From Macrostomum lignano (taxonomy: Eukaryota), in assembly GCA_002269645.1 (NCBI GenBank), contig NIVC01001677.1:186001-250000 (forward strand): a stretch of DNA of 64,000 bases, in the 5' to 3' direction. Positions 15,405 to 27,400 of the stretch are shown piece by piece. The position numbers and the translations under genes are program-made. The notes under the pieces are model-generated. The model was not told the origin of the DNA. It searched no databases and worked only from the letters and a program-made list of their open reading frames with translations. Position 1 is the first letter of the stretch, and every line of letters begins with the position of its first letter.

Positions 15405-18400
15405 ATTCTCTCCCCTCTCTCCCCTCTCCTTTCTCCCCTATCTCCTCCCGTCCTCTCCAGGTGCCCCCTGTGTCAATCTCATTTTGTAATCTCATTCTGT
15501 AAATGAGTGTAAAACCGCACATTTTTTGCGCATTTTTCCTCGCGATACTTCATTCACATTGGACGCATTCTCAGTTTCAGAGTGGCGCACAGCACATAGT
15601 GAGTTTTACGATACTCTTAGAATTTTCAACAAGTTAGCTTATCCGCAAAACAGCTTTATTTACCATTTTATTGACCAAAAAGAGACGAGAAAGTTCTCCT
15701 TTATAATTCTCTCTTCCTGTGTCCTCAAGGCATGGTTCGATAAGCTGGCCAACTCGAATTGAATCTTCGTCTGTGTTTACCTGGCCAGCATCCGACCCAT
15801 TAGTCACCTGCGCTCATTAAGAGAATTCTAATTTTCTTGTTCTTCCGCTTTTCAGTTGCTTAGCGGTGCAGTATAACTGAAACTGAGAGCTGAGATAAGC
15901 AGCTTGCAAAACAGCGATGCTGAAACACTGGTATCGGGTTTCTTTTAGGAGTCACGGCAGAGAGAGACACAGCCAGGCCATTTCTGTTACGGGGTCAATG
16001 GAATTCGGCTCTTAAATAGCTTTTTAGCCTTGTAGTTCCCTACCTGCAAAGATGGGGAAAAGGATGGTGAAGATGAGGTAATGATGAAGAATAGGGAGAA
16101 AAATGGGGGGAGGATGAGGAGGAGGATGAGGAGTATTGGGGAGGAGAATGGGGAAGATGTGGGAAGGATGAAAAATAGAGAGGAGGATGGGAGGAGGATG
16201 GGAAGGAGGATGGAGAGGAAGATAGGGAGAAGGATGAGGAGAAGGATGGGGATGAAGATGGGAATGAGGATGGGAAGGAGGATGGAGAGGAAGATAGGGA
16301 GAAGGGTGAGGAGAAGGATGGGGATGAAGATGGGAAGGAGGATGGGGAGGAGGATGGGGAGGAGGATGGGGAGGAGGATGGGGAGGAGGATGGGGAGGAG
16401 GATGGGGATGAAGGTGGGAATGAGGATGGGAAGGAGGATGGGGAGGAGGATGGGGAGGAAGATGGGGAGGAGGATGGGGAGGAGGATAGGGAGGAGGATA
16501 GGGAGGAGGATAGGGAGGAGGATGGGGAGAGGATGGGGATGAAGATGGGAATGAGGATGGGGAGGAAGATGGGAATGAGGATGGGAAGGAGGATGGGGAG
16601 GAGGATGGGAAGGAAGATGGGGAGGAGGATGGGGACAATGGGGAGGAGAGTCAAGTATAAATTAAGCAAGGAAGCAGATAAGAAATCAAACAGGGAAGCA
16701 GAGCGGGAATGAGCCAGAAAATCAGACATCTTGAACACCGTCGCTCCCCAGGGCTTCGTCGGTGTCCTGGGCTTGCACGCGGCCATGTTCTACTGGGACC
16801 AGTGCTTCCTGACCGACTTCGCCTCGGCGACCATCGAGGACGCGGCGCTGGCCGCCCTGTTCCTACTGCGCGACCGGTTCATGTCCGCCCAGGACTACCC
16901 GCAGATGAAGTCGGTCTTTCTCAACGGGCCGCGCGAGATTTATACGGCCGATTTCATCCGGGCCTGGTGCCACCTGCAGGATCGCGGCGATCCCAGCCTG
17001 GTGCCGGAAATGAACCGGCGCAAGCTGGAGGAGCCGCCGCCGCCGGACCCGGAAGTCGGCTCCCCGACGCCCGTGCCGGCAACGCCGCTGCAGCCGATTC
17101 CGCTGCCGGGACTCTGGATCGACTTGGTGTCGCTGAAGCTGCAGCTGATGAAGGACGGGGCTAGACAGGTACTTACTGGGCTGGTTGCTGTGAGGAATCT
17201 CATTTTCGATACATATCGGTAGTCTACCAGCATACAATGGTTGCTAAAACAAAACTACGATACATATCGGTATAGATAGATAGATAGATAGATAGATAAG
17301 TCTACCAGCATACAATTGTTGCTAAAACAAAACTACGATACATATCGGTAGTCTACCAGCATACAATTGTTGTTAAAAAAACTTCGATACATATAGGTAG
17401 TCTACCAGCATGTAATTGTTGCTAAAACAAAACTTCGATACATATCGGTAGTCTAACAACATGCAATTGTTGCTAAAAAAAGCTTCGATACATATCGGTA
17501 GTCTAACAACAACATGCAATTGTTGCTAAAACAAAGCTTCGATACATATCGGTAGTCTAACAACATGCAATTGTTGCTAAAACAAAGCTTCGATACATAT
17601 CGGTAGTCTACCAGAATACAATTGTTGCTAAAACAAATTTTCGATATCGGTATGCTCCACTTGCAAAAGCGGTCCCACTGATAAAATCAATGTGCATGTA
17701 GGTAAAAACCGTCCTTTGAAGTTTACCGCTCTTTTCTCAACTTCATTTTTTGTATGAGAAATAATTTAATAGTCGATTACACCTGCCCCAACTGGGCCAG
17801 ATGTGCAATCGACAGCTCAGCCGCAGCTATTGCGCGGCGCATCTGAAGGATGCGTACGGCTGTTTGGACGCCACACACCCTCAATTATCCCAGCTAATGC
17901 TGGCACCCATTTTACAGCTGGGTGAACTGAAGCAATGCAGAGTTAAGTGTCTCTTGCTTAAGGACACAAATTGTTCCAGTGGGATCGGGAATCGAACCCC
18001 CGACCTTCAAGTCGTGAGTCCGACGCTCTAGCCACTAGGCTACAACCTCCTTGTATGAAAAAGACAATGAAAGAAATGAATAAATTGGTGTCCTTGAGTT
18101 AGTTTAGTTTAACAATAAATATTATTATTAGAGCAGTTTTATTAAAACTTATTCGATTTAGTTTCAAAGTTTATTAGCGGCGTTTGTAGTTTTTCCCACA
18201 TTCAATTATATCCAATCCATTAGAGTTGATAACAGAACAGCAAATGAAATAATTGGTCTGCACTTGACACAAAAATTTTTACCAAGGTTTACGATAAAAA
18301 GTGTGTACTTTTTTCTGAAGATCGAAAAATTAAGGTTTTTCTAATTTTTTAAAGAAAAGTGTTCTTTCCTAAAGCAAATTCTTGGTTCCTGATTAGCCTC

Positions 18401-21400
18401 CATCAACACCTCAAATCTATGAAAACTAAAAAATTAAAAAACTAAAAAACCACTCAACTCAGCCCCTGACCAGCCTGACCCACTCAGCCCCTGACCAGCT
18501 TGACCCACTCAGCCCCTGACCAGCTTGACCCACTCAGCCCCTGACCAGCTTGACCCACTCAGTCCCTGACCAGCTTGACCCACTCAACCCCTGACCAGCT
18601 TGACCCACTCAGTCCCTGACCAGCTTGACCCACTCAGCCCCTGACCAGCTTGACCCACTCAGCCCCTGACCAGCTTGACCCAGTCCGGGCTGCTCTCGAT
18701 TTCCGGGTCGACCGGAGCGTCGGCGAACTGCAGCAGGCGGCAGGCGGCCAGCCGGCTGTTGTACAGAGCGCTGCAGCACCTGCTGCCGCACAGGGAGGCT
18801 CTGATCAGGCAGGCTTTCAGCGAGTGCACCGGCTGCAGCTCCTCGTGGCAGTAGTACGTGTCGTTCCGGGTTCTCTTGAACTCAGCTGGAGTCCAGTAGC
18901 CGGCCGACTTGTTGGCGGCAGGCGGCTTCACGAACTGGCAGACGAAGCCGAGCAAATGGCTGCAGGCTCTGTCGCCGAGGCCCCGATTCGTTGCAAAACG
19001 AATGCAGTTCTGCTGATAGCCGTCGCTTGGCTCACCACAGCACCAGAGCGAGTCATTTCTAGGAAACTCGCCACCGCCGTTGACTCTCTGCCAGCCTGTC
19101 CTGTTCTTTCCAACCTCGTAGCCCAGATCGGTGAGTCCAGTCCACATGTCAACCGTGATGTTGTCAACCAGATTCGAGGCCAGCAGGGCAACGATGGACT
19201 CCGGCGAGCTGATGAGTTCTCCGCCCAGCTCATCGCACCTTCGGTTGGCGGAGCACCAGCTGTAGCTCTCGCTGGACTCGATGAGCAGGCACAGCCGGGT
19301 GGCTGAGTGCAGCTGGAACGGAGCTGGGCAGTTCTGGTCAGACATCACCGGGCCGATCGCTAGCAAGAAAACTGCGGACCAGATCGCAGACAGCACAGTC
19401 AGATGCATGGATATGCTTGGGATAGGATTCAACACTTTTTTAGCGGAGTAGGAAATCTTCTGGGAGCGCCTGAGGTCCTCTCTCTGTGGAGCGCAGGCTC
19501 TCAATTAAAAATTGTTTGAGAAATTCTTTCCGGAGAAGAGGAACATAGCTTTCGTTGCTATTGGTAACAGAGCTTTCAGGGGAATCCAGTTTCTGAATAG
19601 AGCAGCAAACTTTATTCCATAGCGGGCTCTATGCGAGGATGATGCAGGCGCATAGCGACAGAGGTTGGTGGGGGCTAGGAGAAGTTAACACAGGACTCAG
19701 CTATAGTCGCGGTTTTCCTCAACTGCCTTGGCCTTTCCAATTAAGGCGTCCCTCTGCCAGGCTGCTTGCATCACGCAGTACTTTTAGCTCCAAACCAGCT
19801 CTCAATTTCTAACTTCCTTAGCGTATTCATACGTGGTTAACCTTTTTTATCAGGCACTTTAAGTTTAAGCGACATTGCACTAGCTGTGACATAGATAATT
19901 GCACTAGCTGAGACATAGATAATTGCACTAGCTGAGACATAGATAATTGCACTAGCTGAGACATAGATAATTGCACTAGCTGAGACATAGATAATTGCAC
20001 TAGCTGAGACATAGATAATTGCACTAGCTGAGACATAGATAATTGCACTAGCTGAGACATGGATAATTGCACTAGCTGAGACATAGATAATTGCACTAGC
20101 TGAGACATAGATAATTGCACTAGCTGAGACATAGATAATTGCACTAGCTGAGACATGGATAATTGCACTAGCTGAGACATGGATAATTGCACTAGCTGAG
20201 ACATGGATAATTGCACTAGCTGAGACATGGATAATTGCACTAGCTGAGACATAGATACCCGGCGGTAAAAATCACGTCGAAATGACGTCGAAAAGCGACG
20301 TCGAAATTTCATGTCGATTTGAACCACGATTTCGACGTCGAAATTTTCGCCATCAGATGTAGAGTGTGCGACGTCGCGTTTTCCACTATTGATGGCGAAA
20401 AGTCGACGTCGTTCATATTCTTGATGACCGCAAGTAGATGGCGATTTTCGACAAACTGACGATTTTTTATCTACATATATATTAATAATATAACTGTAGT
20501 GCATTATTTTTATACAATAGTCATAAACTGACGAACTACATGTACGAACTACAAACGAACTAAGCTGACGAAACATAAATGTTAATCCATACACTAAAGT
20601 CACTAATCTACCTTAATAGGAAAGAAATATTTAAGCATAAAATGCCAAGCAAGGCTGTATGACGTTTCATTTGCTATCCAAACCAGATCCTATTATCCCG
20701 CAACCATGAAAAACAGTGTATTCAATTCACCAGCAATTATGGAAACGATTATGGAAATAGCATCAAAGCTATTAAGAATAGAAAATAGACGATGATGGAA
20801 AAATGAGGAGCAACAATGGTAACAAATGCAACTACATTAATTCAACAAATTGGAATCGTGAAAGGGAAACACTGAAAATCAACGGCGTCTGCGCGGTTAC
20901 TCCACACGGGAATTCAGCTTTTTAGTGGCCCTTAAAAAGCGTCTTGTGCGGTCACGTAGGACGTCCTCAGCCGCCGAGTTGACAGAGGGGCATTTGCATG
21001 AATTTTTGGTAGAGTAAGCAGCGGCTTTACTAAACAAGTAAAATATACTATACAATGTTCTATATATTCCTGGGCCATATAGAGCATTTATAAAAGTTTT
21101 TATAGCATAGTTACATAGTATATGCTGTTTTCATTACATAAAAAAAATAGATAATTATATTATGGGTAGTAATTTATGCTCTAGATGCTGGTGATAAGGT
21201 ACTTAAATGCTATAGCTGTTCTAGTTATTTCATGAGCAGCTATGGGTTGGGCTATGCTTTTATTTAGAATGTAACAAACATATATTAGAATGAATAATGA
21301 AATAGTTAATGCTTAAATGGGATAATTATATATACTATTTAAGCTAAAATTATACTTACGTCTTAAATTTCCTAAAACAATATATTCTTTTAGCTATAGA

Positions 21401-24400
21401 ATTGTGCTTTTATTACATTTATAAAAGTTAATATATTATTGTTTATTAAATATTACACTATTATTCATTTCCAATAAGCTGTACTAAAACGTAAAAAGTT
21501 GCTAATTTATGGCTACTTTATTATTAATTCGCTTATCCTGTATAAAAGGTTAAACGGTTAAACCTATCCGTCCTATAGGCAACAGTATTATAAAACATCG
21601 AACTTTAAACGCATAAATTGTATATCAGATTAATTAAATAGCGAAAAAAATGAAACGCAATGAAAGAATAAGAATTTCCATGTGTGTTACAGAAAATTTA
21701 CGTTAAAGATTTACGTATGGATCGCAGTAAAATAATTTGGAAGTCTGCAATTGACAAATAATAGATCGACATTCAGCATGGCGATATTTTAAAAAAGGTG
21801 TATCTCGCGATGCGTTGAAACAAAAAAATATTGTGTCCGTTTTACTGAACTTATTGATCCTTTCAATACACTGAAAATCACGTTGAAAAAAATATTTTTT
21901 AAATATCACTAATAATCATTTCTGCAAAAACGAAGATAAAAATTTCATATCGAAATTTCGACGTCGAATGAAGGTTCAAACGACTACTCATTTGTCGCAA
22001 GTTTTTGAAAGGCGAATATCGACGTCATTTCGACGTGATTTTTACCGCCGGGTAGTTGCACTAGCTGAGACATAGATAATTGCACTAGCTGAGACATGGT
22101 TAATTGCACTAGCTGAGACATGGATAATTGCACTAGCTGAGACATAGATAATTGCACTAGCTGAGACATGGATAATTGCACTAGCTGAGACATAGATAAT
22201 TGCACTACTAGCTAAGACATGGTTATTGCACCAGCTGAGAAAGGGATTATTTTACTATCTAAGAAATTTATTATAATAAAAATATTAAGCAAAAGGTTGC
22301 GTCATTTCAAACGTGTCAAATGTCACGGCTTACGGGGGGAATTGCTGAGATGTCAAGGCAAATAAGATTCACATTAATAATTTTTGTTTCTTGTTTATTT
22401 GGTCACAATATTGTTAGTTGGCACAAAAAAACAAATCTTCGATACATATCGGCAGTCTACCAGCATACAATTCTTGATAAAAACTAATATTCGATGCATA
22501 TCGATAGAAAGCCGTGAATTTAGAATTTATAAAAGATTATTGAACTTTTTTAATACATATCGGTAGATAGATAATCGCTAAATCAAAAGAATGCTCAAAT
22601 GACAGTCTACAAAAAAGTCCAAATTTCTAAAAAACAACCACATTCTAATTTTATTACTGTTAGTACAAAAATGCATTTTTTATCACATTTTTCTCAAAAC
22701 ACCCGTCAGAAACTACTGGCGAGCTCGTTCTCCGAGAAGCATCTGACAGTTGAAATTCGAAGGCGCTACGGAGCCGTGGGAATTAATTCTCATTTGCTTC
22801 GCCAGCGGGGCGAGTTGAAACCAATCGAGGACCAAACCGAGTTTCGAACGTTGCAGCTGCCCTATGATGATAAATGCGATTTTCCGGAGGTCGATGTGGC
22901 TCAATACGATTTGGAGTCTGACATGGGCGCCCTGCCCTACCTGCTGGTGCAGCTGCGCTATGAGCCCCCCGACTCAGATCCGGGTTTGTTGGGCACTCTG
23001 GGGATTGAGCACTTTGGGAATTGAGCACTCTGGGGATTGAGCACTCTGGGAATTGAGCACTCTGGGGGTTGAGCACTCTAAAAGGGTTGAGCACTCTGGG
23101 GATTGAGCACTCTACAAGGGTTGAGCACTCTGGGGAATGAGCACTCTATCGATTAAGCACTCTGGGGATTTAGAACTCTAAAGATTGAGCAGTCTGGGAG
23201 TTGAGTACTCTGGGGATTGAGCACTCTGGGGATTGAGCAGTCTGGGAGTTGAGTACTCTGGGGATTGAGCAGTCTGGGAGTTGAGTACTCTGGGGATTGA
23301 GCACTCTGGGAATTGAGCACTCTAGGGATTGAGAACTCTACACGGGTTGAGCACTCTGGGGATTGAGCACTCTGGGGATTGAGCACTCTGGGGATTGAGC
23401 ACTCTGGGGATTGAGCACTCTGGGATTGAGCACTCTAAGGATTGAGTACTCTGGGGATTGAGCACTCTGGGGTTTGAGCACTCTAAGTATTGAGCGCTCT
23501 AAGGATTGAGAACTCTGAGGATTGAGCACTCTAGCAATTGAGCATTATGTATCAACTCACTTATGCCCATCGTCCCGCAGTAATTCTCGGCTGGGCCAGA
23601 GTGACCCCCTACGAGCGCCTTAGCAACGGTCAGTTCGACGCTGTCAAGCGATTCCGCATCACGTGCCCGATCTATCCCGGACACCTGCCGGACGATCCGC
23701 TCGGCTGGCAGCCCGGGGAGCTGCCGGACTTTGACGGTGGGATATAATGGAAGAAGGGGGAAAGGAAAGATAAGGGGAACATGATGGAGAATAAAGGGAT
23801 GGGAATAAAGGATCGGATTGAGGAAATGTGATCAGGAAAGGAAATGGGATCAGGATGGGGAATGGGATCAGGATGGGAAATAGGATCAGGATGGGGAATG
23901 GGATCAGGATGGGGAATGGGATCAGGATGGGAAATGTGATCAGGATGGGAAATGCGATCAGGATGGGGAATGAGATCAGGATGGGGAATGGGATCTCAGG
24001 ATGGGAAATGGGATCAGGATGGGGAATGGGATCAGGATGGGAAATGTGATCAGGATGGGAAATGCGATCAGGATGAGGAATGGGATCAGGATGGGGAATG
24101 GGATCAGGAAGGGAAATGCGATCAGGATGGGAAATAAGATCAGGATGGGAAATAAGATCAGGATGGGAAATAAGATCAGGATGGGAAATAAGATCAGGAT
24201 GGGAAATGGGATCAGGATGGGAAAAGGGATCAGAATGGGAAATGGGATCAGGATGGGAAAAGGGATCAGAATGGGAAATGGGATCAGGATGGGAAAAGGG
24301 ATCAGAATGGGAAATGGGATCAGGATAAGAAATGAGAAGCATGAGGAAGGTAGGAATAGGTGTTAATATGATCAGGTAGACAGGAGAGAAAGATAACCCT

Positions 24401-27400
24401 AGGTAGAGACAAAAGGTGAGAGGTAGACAAGAATGGAAAGATTCAGTCAGGCATTTTCTCATCGTGTTGTAGAAGACGACCCAGAAGAGCGGCAGCAGGC
24501 AGCGGATTACAGGGACGGCTTAGTGAATGGTGAGCGACCACTGCTGCATTGCTGTTTGTCGAAACGTGAATGATGGGATCTCTAATTAGGGATTCATACT
24601 TTGGTGATGGGATCTCTAATTAGGGATTCATACTTTGATGATGGTATCTCTAATTAGGGATTCATACCTGAATGATGGGATCTCTAATTAGGGATTCATA
24701 CTTTGATGATGGGATCTCTAATTAGGGATTCATACCTTGAATGATGGGATCTCTAATTAGGGATTCATACCTTGAATGATTGGATCTCTAATTAGGGATT
24801 CATACCTTGAATGATGGGATCTCTAATTAGGGATTCATACCTGAATGATGGGATCTCTAATTAGGGATTCATACCTGAATGATGGGATCTCTAATTAGGG
24901 ATTCATACCTTGAATGATGGGATCTCTAATTAGGGATTCATACCTTGAATGATGGGATCTCTAATTAGGGATTCACCTAAATGACAATAAATGATAAATG
25001 ATAAATGAATGATGACAAACCGGCCATAAAAAATCATTCCCAGCCTACCTGGGCGACTTCTCCGAGATCAGCTTGCACGGCTACCCCATCAGCGAGGCCC
25101 CCAGCCCGCTGGTGATTCTGCCGCCGCCTCAAGAAGAGCCCGCCAAGGAGAAGACTCCCAGCCCGCTGCCACCGCCTCTGGAGACCCCGCCGCCTGCGGA
25201 GGAGCCCGAGTGAGCCATAACTGACCCCCATTGACTCCCCCATTGACCCCCTCATTGACTATCCGATTGACTCCCTCATTGACTCCCCCATTGACTCCCT
25301 CATTGACTTGACTCCCCCATTGACTCCCTCATTGACTTGACTCCCCCATTGACTCTCCGTTGACTCCCCCATTGACTCTCCGTTGACTCCCCATTGACTC
25401 CCTCATTGACTTCCCCATTGACTCCCCCATTGACTTCCCCATTGACTCCCCCCCCTATTGACTCCCCCATTGACTCCCTCATTGACTTGACTCCCCCATT
25501 GACTCCCCCATTGACTCCCCTATTGACTCCCCCATTGACTCCCCCATTGAATCCCCCATTGACTCCCTCATTGACTTCCCCATTGACTCCCCCATTGACT
25601 TCCCCATTGACTCCCCCATTGACTCCCTCATTGACTCCCTCATTGCCTCCCCATTGACTCCCCCGTTGACTCTGTCATTGACTCCCCCACCCCAGACTGA
25701 CTCCTAGATAGCTCCCTCATCAATCCCCCCTCAATCCCTCAATAATTCCTCCTTAATCCCCATAGATTACTCCTTAATCCCTCATCAATCCCTCATCAAT
25801 CCCTCATTAAAATCTCTCCTCTCCGCCCTCCCAGGCCGGTCCGACAGCCGAAGAACATACCCAGGCGGCACTGGACGATTCACGACCCTGCCATCGAGAA
25901 GACCTACCCGCAAGCCACTGCCACGAATCAGCCTTTCGACGTGTACATCGACCAGATTCGGTACATGTTCGATGGCATCACTATTGTGAAGGTGAGGAAC
26001 TGCGTTAATTGATCTAATTAATTTGATTGACCTCAATTGACCTCCTAGCATCGACAATATCAACAACGATTGACCTCAGTTGACCTCAGTATCTAAATAG
26101 ATTGACTGACCTCAGTTGACCTCAATATCTAAATAGATTGATTGACCTCATTTGACCTCAGTATCTAAATAGATTGATTGACTTCATTTGACCTCAGTAT
26201 CTAAATAGATTGATTGACCTCAGTTGACCCCAAGTATCAATACATCTAAATAGACTTTTTACCTCAGTATCTAATTAGATTGACTGACCTCAGTTGACCT
26301 CAGTATCTAAATAGATTGACTGACCTCAGTTGACCTCAGTATCTAATTGGATTGACTGACCTCAGTTGACCTCAGTATCTAATTGGATTGACTGACCTCA
26401 GTTGACCTCAGTATCTAATTGGATTGACTGACCTCAGTTGACCTCAGTATCTAAATAGATTGACTGACCTCAGTTGACCCCAAGTATCAATACATCTAAA
26501 TAGAATTTTACCTCACTTGACCCTGGTTTATAAATGTTTTGGCTGACCTTATTTGACCTCCTCGACCTCGACTTCGCAGCTCACCGGCAGATTTTTAAAC
26601 ACGGGCCACGACACGGAGATCCCGGACATCCTGCTGGTCCCAAATCCCAAGCTATCGCCTAGAAATTTAAATTTCTTTGCTGGCCAGCGGGTTCAGATTA
26701 CCGCATCCGACGCGATGAACCTCGGCAAGGACAGCGCGCTGGTGATCAGGGTGTACACTTTGATCAAGCCAGATCTGGAAATGGTGGTGGTTGGAACCTG
26801 CGTGCTGCCGATATTCGACAATAAGGTGCGTGCAATTGGGCTGTCTGGTAGCTTCTGGTGGATTTGAGTGCTGTCTGGTAGATTCTGGTGGATTTGAGTG
26901 CAGTCTGGTAGGTTCTGGTAGATTTTAGTGCAGTCTGGTAGCTTCTGGTAGATTTAAGTGCAGTCTGGTAGGTTCTGGTAGATTTGAGTGCAGTCTGGTA
27001 GGTTCTGGTAGATTTTAGTGCAGTCTGGTAGGTTCTGGTAGATTTTAGTGCAGTCTGGTAGCTTCTGGTAGATTTAAGTGCAGTCTGGTAGCTTCTGGTA
27101 GATTTGAGTGCAGTCTGGTAGGTTCTGGTAGATTTGAGTGCAGTCTGGTAGCTTCTGGTAGATTTAAGTGCAGTCTGGTAGGCTCTGGTAGATTTGAGTG
27201 CAGTCTGGTAGGTTCTGGTAGATTTGAGTGCAGTCTGGTAGGTTTTGATAAATTTGAGTTCAGTATCGTAGATTCTGTCTGGTAGATTTGAGTGCAGTCT
27301 GGTAGGTTTTATGAGTGTCTTGTAAGTTTTATCAGCGTCTGGTAGGTTTAATCAGTGACTGGTAGGTTTATCAGTGTCTGGCTCGGGATTGAACCAGTGG

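Noticed and set aside
16081-16542. Arg/Gly/Met-rich ORF resembling a cationic adhesive protein
   Set aside because: It lies in a GA-rich intronic repeat of a well-phased gene, with no signal peptide or splice support.
17975-18050. Functional tRNA-Val(CAC) gene
   Set aside because: The acceptor and anticodon stems pair poorly and the head runs directly into a CORE-type SINE body with a second copy elsewhere.
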